Source of the DNA: Candidatus Zixiibacteriota bacterium
GTDB taxonomy: Bacteria; Zixibacteria; MSB-5A5; GN15; FEB-12
Length of the DNA: 64,000 nucleotides
Assembly: GCA_020346225.1 (NCBI GenBank)
Contig: CP070777.1
Coordinates: forward strand, 1,077,005-1,141,004
Direction of reading: 5' to 3'
In this document: positions 30,097-39,126 of the stretch, in pieces
Numbering within the stretch: the stretch's first letter is position 1
Layout of the letters: each line of letters begins with the position of its first letter
Made by a program: the position numbers and the translations under genes
The notes under the pieces: model-generated
What the model was told of the DNA's origin: nothing
What the model saw: the letters and a program-made list of their open reading frames with translations, nothing else
Database searches by the model: none

Positions 30097-31560
30097 TCAG
30101 TCGTTGCGTAACGCTTCAACAGGGTCGATACGGGCCGCCCTCGAAGCCGGATAGAAACCGGCCAGCAGGCTTACTATCAGTCCGAACCCGAATGCGATCA
30201 GCACCAGCCACAGGGGCAAAGCGAACAGCTCCACGGCCTCGATCCCCTGGTCCTCCATCACGGCTTTAGCGATAGCCGAGGCTATCCTGGTGATAATCCA
30301 GCCCGTGAGAATTCCCGTCGCCGCCCCGATGGAACCGATCGCGCCCGACTCGACCAGAAACAGCAGGCGAATCTCGCGCTCGTCGGCGCCGAGCGATTTG
30401 AGCACCCCGATTTCACGGGTGCGTTCGACGATGGACATAACCATGGTGTTGACGATTCCCAGCGAGGCGGTTGTTAGAGCAATCAGCCCGATCAGGCCCA
30501 GGGCAAGGTCAAAGTAAAAGAAAAAGCGGCGAATCTCGTCGAACTGCTCCGCGAAACTGAAAGTGCGAAAGCCCCGGGCTTCCACCGAGTCTTTCACGGG
30601 CTGATACAGCACGTGGGGATCGAGGTCAAGCGTCACCCGACGGTAGCTTTTCGAGGTTGAGTCGCTGACCGCTGCGAAGAAATCGCCGCTGCCGAAGGCG
30701 CTGGCCAGGTCGGCCGGGCTGCCGGTGAAACCGCCGGTGTTGAAACGCAGGGCGGTGGCGAGCGGTATGATGACCGGCTCGATGCGCAGACGGTGACCGT
30801 GTCTTCCCTTCAGAACGCCCCTGATAACGAGCGTGTCCGATACCGTTGCCCGGTGGTTCAAATAGCCGTTGACGAATCTCGCCATGGCGCCGCCCATTTC
30901 CTGGCGCGCGGCGCGCTGCCAGTATTCCATGCTTCTTAGCGAGTCCCGATTAAAATTGCCGGCCCGCTCGCCGACCCGTTCGCCGAGGCTTTGCAGCACT
31001 CTGGTCAGACCACTGTCGATACTGGCCACCTGCACCGACACCACCAGCTTCTTGTTCAGCGCCGAATCGGCGCTGTCGACGCCGATCTCCTCCAGGAAAT
31101 CCTCGGTTACCAGGGCCTCGCGGGCGCTGTCGCCGGTGTAGGCGGAGCCGGCCACCAGCTGCGAGAAAATCTTCGTCTGCACGGCTGCTCCGGGCAGGGC
31201 CTGGGCCCTGGTGTCAGCCTGTTTGTCGTCCAGCGAAGCCGTCACGGAGAAAGCCTCCAGCGGGTAGGCCAGATTCACACCGGGAATTGCGGACAATGCT
31301 TCCACCGCCTGCTGGTCGAGAACGGCCGCTGCCAGCGAATCGTCTACATCCTCCTCGTCGGGCGGATAAACGTACATGGTCGAAAACAGCCCCAGTTCCA
31401 GAAACTGCTGTTCGATCAGTCGCTGGTTGCCGGCGCCGAAGGAGAGCATCGAGACGAACGCCGCGATGGCGATGACCACCCCGGAAATGGTGAGAAAGGC
31501 GCGCAGTTTCATGCGCCACAGGTTGCCGGTGGATATCAGAATCAGGTCCTTGAAGGTCAT
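30097..31560 (-). CDS. ABC transporter permease, FtsX/MacB/LolE-like
   Basis: 487 aa. One N-terminal TM, a large periplasmic domain, then a C-terminal FtsX-type 3-TM bundle (REIGVLKSLGA motif). A 4-nt overlap with the upstream ATPase gene. Confidence 0.8.
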   Translation of the reverse strand: MTFKDLILISTGNLWRMKLRAFLTISGVVIAIAAFVSMLSFGAGNQRLIEQQFLELGLFSTMYVYPPDEEDVDDSLAAAVLDQQAVEALSAIPGVNLAYPLEAFSVTASLDDKQADTRAQALPGAAVQTKIFSQLVAGSAYTGDSAREALVTEDFLEEIGVDSADSALNKKLVVSVQVASIDSGLTRVLQSLGERVGERAGNFNRDSLRSMEYWQRAARQEMGGAMARFVNGYLNHRATVSDTLVIRGVLKGRHGHRLRIEPVIIPLATALRFNTGGFTGSPADLASAFGSGDFFAAVSDSTSKSYRRVTLDLDPHVLYQPVKDSVEARGFRTFSFAEQFDEIRRFFFYFDLALGLIGLIALTTASLGIVNTMVMSIVERTREIGVLKSLGADEREIRLLFLVESGAIGSIGAATGILTGWIITRIASAIAKAVMEDQGIEAVELFALPLWLVLIAFGFGLIVSLLAGFYPASRAARIDPVEALRND

Positions 31561-32297
31561 TGTCCCGGTTCTCCGTCGGTTCGGCCGGAATCCGTCGCCA
31601 CCAGTTTGCCATAGTCCATGCGGACAGTTCGATGGGCGTAGCGCCTCGCCATGTCGAGGTCGTGAGTGGCGACGACCACCGTCAACCCCTGACGATTCAG
31701 TCCGGCCAGCAGCTCGGCGATTTGCTCGGTGTTAACCTGATCGAGGTTGCCGGTCGGTTCATCGGCAAACAGCACTTCGGGCCCCTTGACAAGGGCCCTC
31801 GCGATGGCCACGCGTTGCTGTTCGCCGCCGGACAGGTCGGCGGGGACGTGGTCAAGGCGGTCACCGAGCCCCAGACGCTCGAGTATTTCTGTGGCCCGAA
31901 TGCGGCGTGCCCGGGCCGGGGTGTCGTTGAAGTACAGCGCCAACTCGACGTTCTTGAGCGCCGTTTGATGGGCGAGCAGGTTAAATGATTGAAAGACCAT
32001 CCCGACCCGACGGGCGCGGTAAGCGGCCAGTTCGCGGCGGGTCAGCGAGCTGAGGGCGGTGCCGTCAATCTCTATCCGGCCTGAGGTGGGCGTGTCGAGG
32101 CCCGCCATCAGATTCAGCATGGTCGACTTGCCCGAGCCGGAAGCCCCTACAATCCCGAGGAATTCGCCGCGTTCCAGATAAAGATTAACCCTGTCCACGG
32201 CCCGGACTTCATGGGGACCGCGGCGGTAATATCGGCAAAGCTCTTTGGTTTGCAGCCAGGATGTGCTCACGTCGAATTTCCGTACCATCTCCAGCAA
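31557..32297 (-). CDS. ABC transporter ATP-binding protein (LolD/MacB-type)
   Basis: Walker A GASGSGKSTMLN, signature LSGGEQQRVAIARA, Walker B LFADEPTGNLD. Confidence 0.9.
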   Translation of the reverse strand: MLEMVRKFDVSTSWLQTKELCRYYRRGPHEVRAVDRVNLYLERGEFLGIVGASGSGKSTMLNLMAGLDTPTSGRIEIDGTALSSLTRRELAAYRARRVGMVFQSFNLLAHQTALKNVELALYFNDTPARARRIRATEILERLGLGDRLDHVPADLSGGEQQRVAIARALVKGPEVLFADEPTGNLDQVNTEQIAELLAGLNRQGLTVVVATHDLDMARRYAHRTVRMDYGKLVATDSGRTDGEPGQ

Positions 32298-32440
32298 CGG
32301 GTGCAGCTATCAATACGAAAACAAGCTAAGACTTCTCCGAAAATCCTACAACTAATTTCCGGTCTGTTCTTCCGGCTCGGCCCGACGTGGGACAAAAAAT
32401 CTTCTTGTTGTATGAGAGCAAACTGCCGAGTATAAGTAAT

Positions 32441-33598
32441 ATGATGAGAAAGGGAATGCATCTTAGCTGGATAGAACTGTCCCGTTCGGCCCTCCACAAT
32501 AATATCGCATCGCTCTCTGGCCTGACCAATGGCAAGCTGCTGGCCGTGTGCGTAAAAGCCAATGCCTACGGTCACGGCTTGTCCGAAGTTGTCGCGATGC
32601 TCGTTGACCACCCTAAGGTGGATTATCTGACGGTTCATTCGCTAGAGGAGGCCGTCGCCTGCCGCCAGGCCGGGTGGATCAGGCCGATCATGCTGCTCGG
32701 ACCGCTGCCGGTAAACCTGGCCGACTTCGTTCTGGAGTACGACCTGGAGCCGGTTATTTTCAACCGGGAGTTTCTGCGTCGGCTTGGCCGAACGGCTGAC
32801 CGGGCCGGCCGTGAAATCAGGACCCACCTGAAGCTGGAAACCGGCACCCATCGGCAGGGAATTACCGAGAAAGAGATGCCGGCGTTTGCCGAGATCTACC
32901 GGCGTCATCAATCTTTGAAGAAGCCGTACGGCGCCAGCATGCATTTCGCCAACATCGAGGATACGACCAACCACGAATACGCCGAGTTTCAGCTCAAAAC
33001 CTTCCGCGCTATGCTCAAGCGGATGGCCGCCCTGAAAATCAATCCGACTATCCGGCATACCGCATCCTCAGCCGCCGCAATCCTGTTTAAGAAGACCCAC
33101 TTTGAGATGGTCCGTCCGGGTATAGCTGTTTACGGCCACTGGCCTTCCAAGGAGACGTATCTTTCATACCGGCTCAGGGGCGGTCAGAACGATCTGTTCC
33201 ATCCGGTGCTGTCCTGGAGGACCCGCGTCACCCAACTCAAACATCTCGCCGCGGACTCCTTCGTGGGTTACGGTTGCACCTACCGCACTACCTCGCCCGC
33301 CCGTCTGGCGATTCTTCCGGTGGGCTATTTCGACGGGTACGAACGGGCCCTGTCCAATCAGGCCTACGTCCTTGTCAGAGGTCGGCGTGCCCCCGTCAGA
33401 GGTCGCGTGTGCATGAATATCACCATGGTCGATATTACCGATGCCAGAGGCGTCAAGTTGGAGGACGAGGTGACTCTGATAGGCAGGGATGGTGCGGAAA
33501 CTGTTTCTGCGGAACAGCTTGCCGACTGGGCCAAGACCATCAATTATGAGGTCCTGGCCCGGCTCGCTCCCACGACCCCCAGAATCATTGTTTCATAA
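32441..33598 (+). CDS. alr: alanine racemase
   Basis: PLP-lysine block AVCVKANAYGHG, plus PVGYFDGY and GRVCMNITMVD. The tracked GTG start at 32387 is probably too early. The ATGs at 32441 and 32456 fit canonical N-termini. Confidence 0.9.
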   Translation: MMRKGMHLSWIELSRSALHNNIASLSGLTNGKLLAVCVKANAYGHGLSEVVAMLVDHPKVDYLTVHSLEEAVACRQAGWIRPIMLLGPLPVNLADFVLEYDLEPVIFNREFLRRLGRTADRAGREIRTHLKLETGTHRQGITEKEMPAFAEIYRRHQSLKKPYGASMHFANIEDTTNHEYAEFQLKTFRAMLKRMAALKINPTIRHTASSAAAILFKKTHFEMVRPGIAVYGHWPSKETYLSYRLRGGQNDLFHPVLSWRTRVTQLKHLAADSFVGYGCTYRTTSPARLAILPVGYFDGYERALSNQAYVLVRGRRAPVRGRVCMNITMVDITDARGVKLEDEVTLIGRDGAETVSAEQLADWAKTINYEVLARLAPTTPRIIVS

Positions 33599-33709
33599 AA
33601 TCACAAGGGGCCAAGTGGGCATCGGTCCGGCCGGCCTTTGTATGCAGCGGTAATGCTTTGTGAAGTAACGAAGTTAAGCGCACGCTGTGAACCCGATAAG
33701 ATATTTTCC

Positions 33710-33738
33710 TTGACAGCGTTGGCCCATAAAGATATACT
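33710..33738 (+). promoter_or_regulatory. sigma-70-type promoter of rex
   Basis: TTGACA (33710-33715), a 17-nt spacer, then TATACT (33733-33738), about 70 nt upstream of the rex ATG. Confidence 0.55.
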
Positions 33739-33740
33739 TC

Positions 33741-33758
33741 TTGTGAACCATTTCACAT
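33741..33758. promoter_or_regulatory. Rex operator (ROP box)
   Basis: TTGTGAACCATTTCACAT compared with consensus TTGTGAA-N4-TTCACAA has a single mismatch. It begins 3 nt after the -10 element. Confidence 0.7.
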
Positions 33759-33808
33759 GGCTTCAGGCGGTATAGTTGGTGCACGAAACGGAGGAGTGAT
33801 CATAAATA

Positions 33809-34468
33809 ATGTCCCCAGCGTCGGTCAAAAAACGCATCTCTGAATCCACCATCCACCGCCTTTCTCTTTATTACCGTACCCTCTCCTTGCTGGAAAAGGA
33901 GAACTACGAAACGGTATCGTCGAAAGAACTGGCCAAAAGAGAGAAGCTCACTCCCGCCCAGGTGCGCAAGGACCTCTCTTTCTTCGGCTCGTTCGGCACT
34001 CGCGGGCTGGGCTATAACGTCAACGAGCTTAAGAAGAAGATCGAGACGATTCTGGGGATTAACCGGGAGTGGCGGGTGGCCCTGATCGGTGTCGGCAACA
34101 TCGGCTCGGCCCTGGTGAGCTACAAGGAATTCGCCAAGCAGGGATTCGATATTGTCAAGCTGTTCGATAACGATCAGCGGAAGATCGGCTCGAACCATAA
34201 AGGCATCATTGTTTCCGACATCAAGAATCTGGAAAAGGAAATCCAGGAAGCCAACATCTCGATGGTCATTCTCGCCGTTCCCGCTACCGTGGCCCAGTAT
34301 ATCGTTGATGATGTCGTCAAGGCTGGCGTCACCGCCATCTTGAATTTCGCTCCCATAAACCTGCGCGTGCCACCCTATGTCCACCTGCGCAACGAGAACA
34401 TGGCAATGGAACTGGAGTACTTGTCTTTCGCCATGGTGAACAACCACAGTCCCAAGAAGACCAAATAA
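33809..34468 (+). CDS. rex: redox-sensing transcriptional repressor Rex
   Basis: IHRLSLYYR, AQVRKDLSFFGSFGTRGLGYNV and a Rossmann GVGNIGSAL block. Confidence 0.9.
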   Translation: MSPASVKKRISESTIHRLSLYYRTLSLLEKENYETVSSKELAKREKLTPAQVRKDLSFFGSFGTRGLGYNVNELKKKIETILGINREWRVALIGVGNIGSALVSYKEFAKQGFDIVKLFDNDQRKIGSNHKGIIVSDIKNLEKEIQEANISMVILAVPATVAQYIVDDVVKAGVTAILNFAPINLRVPPYVHLRNENMAMELEYLSFAMVNNHSPKKTK

Positions 34469-34685
34469 CCCCGGGAATCTGCCATAGTTTGACTCTTTCA
34501 GTGTCCTGATACGAGATAGGGCCTGACCTTCCGGCGGGTATGGTACGGTTCCCATACATAACCCCGAGACCACTACTGCCTGTCCCCGGCAACCCCCTTA
34601 TCCTGTTGTACCGCAACAGCTTGATTGCGGCACGAAATTTGATGAAAAGCTTCATGGCTATTCTTGAAACAGCGAAAGGGGTAGT

Positions 34686-35261
34686 ATGATGAAGAGAATA
34701 ATCGCTTTCTTGCTGGTTTCGGCGGTCTTTGCCCTGGCCTCCGCTCAGGCTGACAGCCCCAAGGAGTTGCCGCAGGACAAGAAAGAAATAGACCAGGACC
34801 GCGCCGATTTGAAGCAGTCCAGGGACTGTCTGCAAAAGCTGCGGCGGTTGACCGGAAAGTGGCATGAGGCCAACCTTGTTGGGGACAGCAAAAAAGCCCA
34901 CCAGTACGAACAGACCATCGTGAACCTGCTCGTCAAAGACGTGAACTTGGCGGCCTGGTCTGTCTGGGCGGCTGAAAACGAGGTCGTCCGTTCTGAAGCC
35001 GAACCGCAGCACAGCCACCAGATGACGATTCCAAGGTATGACGAGGCCGCCGATCACCGCGATGACAAGGCCGATTGCGTCCGGGCCCGCAGGCTTCTCG
35101 AGGCCAAGGAACACCTGCTCAGTCGTCTCAAGGCGAGCGGCAGCTTCTCGTACAAGTATCGCCTTCTGGCCGACTATCAGTATCTGCTGGAGGGTGAGCT
35201 TGGCGTTGTACGAGCGGAACTTGAAGAAGATGTGAGGGAACTCAAAGAAGACAAGCGCTAA
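34686..35261 (+). CDS. secreted hypothetical protein (helical, charged)
   Basis: Signal peptide MMKRIIAFLLVSAVFALASAQA, AAAGGGG upstream of the start, and a strong terminator downstream. No recognisable family. The antisense ORF 34329-35114 is judged spurious. Confidence 0.5.
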   Translation: MMKRIIAFLLVSAVFALASAQADSPKELPQDKKEIDQDRADLKQSRDCLQKLRRLTGKWHEANLVGDSKKAHQYEQTIVNLLVKDVNLAAWSVWAAENEVVRSEAEPQHSHQMTIPRYDEAADHRDDKADCVRARRLLEAKEHLLSRLKASGSFSYKYRLLADYQYLLEGELGVVRAELEEDVRELKEDKR

Positions 35262-35318
35262 TCTGCGGAGGCACTGCCGCTGGAATATCTTTAATCCGTT
35301 CTGGTTCTCCCATTGGGT

Positions 35319-35351
35319 GCGCCGTCACACGGCTGTGGCGGCGCTTTTTTT
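35319..35351 (+). terminator. intrinsic terminator
   Basis: GCGCCGTCACA, loop CGGC, TGTGGCGGCGC (11-bp stem including one G-U pair) followed by T7 (35345-35351). Confidence 0.8.
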
Positions 35352-35364
35352 CGACCGGTAAAGC

Positions 35365-36204
35365 TCAAGCCGGTTTTCTGGCGTGCAGAAGGATCGATGC
35401 GACTTTGCCGCTGAGGTCTCCGCCCGGTTGTTCACACGTATCCGTACCCGACCCGCAACAGCACGAGTCGATCACCGACAGTTCCGATGACGTTTCACCG
35501 AAGACACTCTTGGCGAGGATAGCCACGTCTTTGAACCCGGCCTGCCGGACAAGCCTGACGAATTCCTCCTCTTCCAGGGCGCCCGCGATGCATCCCACCC
35601 AGGCTCTCATATCACTGCGCACCTCAGCCGGCAGGTCCTTCGTGACGAGGTCGGAAATTATCATCCGGCCGCCCGGTTTCAGCACGCGGTAGGCCTCGGC
35701 GAAGACTTTGCCTTTGTCGGGGGATAAATTTATCACGCAGTTCGAAATGATCCAATCCACCTCACCGTCGGCAACCGGCATATCTTCCATCTCACCCACC
35801 CGGACTTCGGCGTTCTTGACTTCGGCCTTCTCGAGGTTCTTGCGGCTGGCCTCGACCATCTCCGGGGTCATATCAATGCCGATGACTTTTCCCTGAGGCC
35901 CGACTTTCCGGGCCGCCAGAATCAAGTCCAGCCCCGGCCCGGAGCCCAGGTCCAGCACCACATCACCTTCCCCGACGTTGGCAAAAGCGACCGGGTTGCC
36001 GCATCCGAAGGATGGAATCCCGTCGGGCAGACCGGCCCGGTCGCCGGCGGTATATCCTGCCGCCTCGGTGATGCGGTCGCCCGTCGGCGCCGGCGACGAC
36101 TCACCGTGCGCCCCGCAACACGAGGTCTTCGGGGTAACGGACCGACGGTAGTGTTCCTTAACGGCTTTCTTGATGTCGTCTTCGGATTTCTTCATACGCT
36201 TCAT
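35365..36204 (-). CDS. arsM: arsenite S-adenosylmethionine methyltransferase
   Basis: N-terminal CCG cysteines, FGCGNP, VLDLGSGPGLD, ISNCVINLSPDK, WVGCIAGAL and a Cys-rich tail (CCCGSG). Collinear with ArsM sequences as I recall them. Confidence 0.8.
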   Translation of the reverse strand: MKRMKKSEDDIKKAVKEHYRRSVTPKTSCCGAHGESSPAPTGDRITEAAGYTAGDRAGLPDGIPSFGCGNPVAFANVGEGDVVLDLGSGPGLDLILAARKVGPQGKVIGIDMTPEMVEASRKNLEKAEVKNAEVRVGEMEDMPVADGEVDWIISNCVINLSPDKGKVFAEAYRVLKPGGRMIISDLVTKDLPAEVRSDMRAWVGCIAGALEEEEFVRLVRQAGFKDVAILAKSVFGETSSELSVIDSCCCGSGTDTCEQPGGDLSGKVASILLHARKPA

Positions 36205-36342
36205 CGGTAATCCAATTCCGCTCTTCTGTCAAGCTGATTGTGGTATTCTCCCTCGCGATTTCGCCGCCAATGGCGCAGGCCGCCCGGTAGAGGCGGCCTG
36301 ACGGTGGAATAAAAGGAGCGGACTCCCTCTATGCCGCTTTGT

Positions 36343-38622
36343 TTATGTCTGGAACAGATACTGAAGCTTCATAAAGAACTGACGCTGGGACAGACAGGTC
36401 AGTGTATTGATTTCGTCAAAGCCGCAATTATGGTACTTCGAGTAATCGTAAGTGGCTCCCGCGTAGAACGTCGAAAAGGCGTTGATGCGGTAAGTGATCA
36501 GCGGATCGAGACTCCAGCGCTCGGAGAAGTCGTTATACTCTCCGACCAGCCTCAACGACAGTTCGCGGCTGAACTGGTAGCCTACCCGGGTGTGCAGGAT
36601 GTAACCTTCGAAGTACTCTTCGTTGGTGTCGGCGTCGCGGCTTTTGGTGTAAGCGGCACCGTTTTCAATCAGCAGCCGGTCGGTGGGGCGAATATCGAGC
36701 CAGGCGCTGACAGACGTCTGCCGGCCCATGGCCATGAAGTTGCGGGCTATCTGATTGCCGTAGGTCACGTTGATTCCACCCTGGACCGCCTTGAGAGGAC
36801 TGATGTCGGTGTCGCAAGTGAAAGCCCAGATATCCCGGAAGTCGGTGCCGCCGTACCGCTCGCGACTTCGCAAATACTCCAGCCAGATGCTGGCTTGGGC
36901 GAAGCGAAACAGGTTGCCATATGACAGCCTGACCCACTCGTCCTTACGCAACCCGTCGAAATTGTAGATGCGTCCCAGCTCGAGACCGGGGTCAATGCTA
37001 TATATGATCGTGCCTTTCGGCCGGTAGTTGTAGCCGAAGTTCCCGATTACCCAGCGGTCGTTGTTTCGCGGCTGGTAGCCGTTGGCCGCGCGGTACGTGG
37101 CCGTTCTTTGATAGGTTCTGACATTCATCCAGAAGCGGCGGCTGTCGTAGACGAGACCGACCAGACCCGCCGTCCCCCAGAATGACTCGCCATCATAGGC
37201 GGCCGTATGTTTCCCGTCGTCGAAGGTCACCCCTTCCAGGTAAGCAGTCATGCTGGTGTCGTCGGGTTCCGACGTATGTGTGGCCATGAACTGCCCCCGC
37301 ACGGCCAGGCTCTTGGTGAGCGACAGCCGCCCGTCGAGACTGGTCAGAGTCCCCGAGCCGCCGCCTTCTATGCGCTGATCGGTGACGAGCGCCCGCACGT
37401 GGTTGTCATCGCCGAAAGCGTGACGGGCCGCCACCATATTGGTGTACGTCTCGCCCAGGGGAACATAGGCCGACCACTCTTCGAAAGGCATGATTCTCAG
37501 GCTCTGTTCGTCGTGGGCGGAGAGGGCGGCGACGCTGGTGCGGCCAAACTTGGCCGAGGCCTTGGCGGCGTAATCGGGGTCGTTAATGGACCGCGTGTAC
37601 ACGGCGTTGAAGTTGGTCCGGAAGACGTCGATGCCTTCCTGAAAGAACGGTCGCCTCTCGTCGTAAGAAAGGGCAAAGGTGGTGTTGACGTCGACCTGCG
37701 ATGCATCGGCCTCGATCTGGCTGAAATCCGGGTTGTAGGTGGCCTCGAGCAAGACATCGGAAGACAGGGCGTACTTGCCGCCGATGGAAAAATCCCCGTA
37801 GATATCGCCGTTGGAGAACGATGTGTCGGGGAAGGTGCTGTTTGTCACCACTCCCGATTGGTGGGCCACGAAGCTGGGCAGCAGTTCTATGCCTTTGCCC
37901 GGCTTGACGTCTGCAATGCCCGTGACTGTCCCCCACTTACACGGCCAGCAGGGTTCGTCCGGATCGTACGTAGCCCATGACATGGAGTAGTGAACCTCGC
38001 GCTGATGGTGCCGGTAAAAGTCAATTTTCCATTCCTGCGTCGGTTTGTTCGGAAAACGAAGGTTGGAAAAAGGGATGGCCAGTTCCACCTGGTAGCCGGA
38101 GTCGGTCACCTTGCCGGCTGATTCGAAAATCAGGTCGAAGTTGGAATCCTCTCCCCAGCCGGCCGACCAGAGCGCGTCGTAGGGAATGCCGTACGGGTTA
38201 ATATTGATTATATAGGCCCGGGTGGCGTCACCGTAAGTGTCAAAGAAGAAACCGATATTGTCATCATCGAAGATGCGCTCCCTTTCACACATGGAAGCCC
38301 GGACGGTGGCGGGGTCGGCGTAGCAGACGGCGGCCAGATACAGGTTCTTGTCGTCGAAGGCCACAAAGGCCTCGGTGCGAACCGGCGGTGCGACCTCTTC
38401 GCCGGGCGAGTGCTCGGTAAAGTTCCGGGCCGGCTGGGCTCCCTGCCAGCCGCGGTCGCCCAGGTCGCCGTCGATCTTGATTTCGCCCCGAACCTGGTGA
38501 GCTTTCATGGTGGGATGGAACTGGGGCACATACTGCTCATCCGCAACCGATGCGGATATCGGTGTGACGGTCAGCACCAGAAGACAGAACACCACAAGGG
38601 CGGTTGATTTGACCCGTGACAT
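36343..38622 (-). CDS. outer-membrane-associated protein, CBM9-like N-domain plus DUF5916-type barrel
   Basis: Signal peptide. The N-terminus IKIDGDLGDRGWQGAQPARNFTEHSPGEEVAPPVRTEAFVAFDDKNLYLAAVCYD is typical of CBM9-like/DUF5916 proteins. The C-terminal two-thirds are rich in alternating aromatic beta-strand patterns. Confidence 0.65.
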   Translation of the reverse strand: MSRVKSTALVVFCLLVLTVTPISASVADEQYVPQFHPTMKAHQVRGEIKIDGDLGDRGWQGAQPARNFTEHSPGEEVAPPVRTEAFVAFDDKNLYLAAVCYADPATVRASMCERERIFDDDNIGFFFDTYGDATRAYIININPYGIPYDALWSAGWGEDSNFDLIFESAGKVTDSGYQVELAIPFSNLRFPNKPTQEWKIDFYRHHQREVHYSMSWATYDPDEPCWPCKWGTVTGIADVKPGKGIELLPSFVAHQSGVVTNSTFPDTSFSNGDIYGDFSIGGKYALSSDVLLEATYNPDFSQIEADASQVDVNTTFALSYDERRPFFQEGIDVFRTNFNAVYTRSINDPDYAAKASAKFGRTSVAALSAHDEQSLRIMPFEEWSAYVPLGETYTNMVAARHAFGDDNHVRALVTDQRIEGGGSGTLTSLDGRLSLTKSLAVRGQFMATHTSEPDDTSMTAYLEGVTFDDGKHTAAYDGESFWGTAGLVGLVYDSRRFWMNVRTYQRTATYRAANGYQPRNNDRWVIGNFGYNYRPKGTIIYSIDPGLELGRIYNFDGLRKDEWVRLSYGNLFRFAQASIWLEYLRSRERYGGTDFRDIWAFTCDTDISPLKAVQGGINVTYGNQIARNFMAMGRQTSVSAWLDIRPTDRLLIENGAAYTKSRDADTNEEYFEGYILHTRVGYQFSRELSLRLVGEYNDFSERWSLDPLITYRINAFSTFYAGATYDYSKYHNCGFDEINTLTCLSQRQFFMKLQYLFQT

Positions 38623-38946
38623 GATAAATTTCTCCGTGCTTGGCTTAACCCCGAACCCTCACCTCCAGATTGATTATCCCCGACAAATCAAGGCAGGCTG
38701 GTGTAAGCTGTTATCGGATTTGCTGCTCTGGTTAAGCCATACGGGGGGCGGTGGGATTGGTTTCAAAGGCGCAGCTTTTGCTGCCTCTCGGCAATCCCGC
38801 CTTTTATCTGTCTGACAACGCCTTACAGGTTCGGCCGGGCGCGTCTTCGAGGATACCGGCTGCGGCTGCCTGTCGACTAGGCGGTCGTGAAAATCTCCTT
38901 GCCCTTGCCCTGCCCCGGGCCTTAGATTGCATGCGAAGAAAATAAT

Positions 38947-39029
38947 TCCGTTGGGGGTGGCGAAAAAAATACCGCCTGAGAACATACCCCCTCGACCTGA
39001 TCCGGATAATACCGGCGTAGGGAAACGGA
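38947..39029 (+). promoter_or_regulatory. TPP (THI-element) riboswitch aptamer
   Basis: TCCGTTGGGGGTGGCGAAAAAAATACCGCCTGAGAACATACCCCCTCGACCTGATCCGGATAATACCGGCGTAGGGAAACGGA. It contains the GGGGUG, CUGAGA, ACCC and ACCUGAUCYGGAUAAURCCRGCGUAGGGAA blocks, closed by a P1 helix TCCGTT/AACGGA. Confidence 0.9.
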
Positions 39030-39126
39030 GATGTAACAAGCATCCCCATTGCCTAGACTTCAGGCTTACCTAACGAATCAGGACGGAATCTTGCTGAACT
39101 AAAACAGTTTAAAGCGAGGTAACGTC

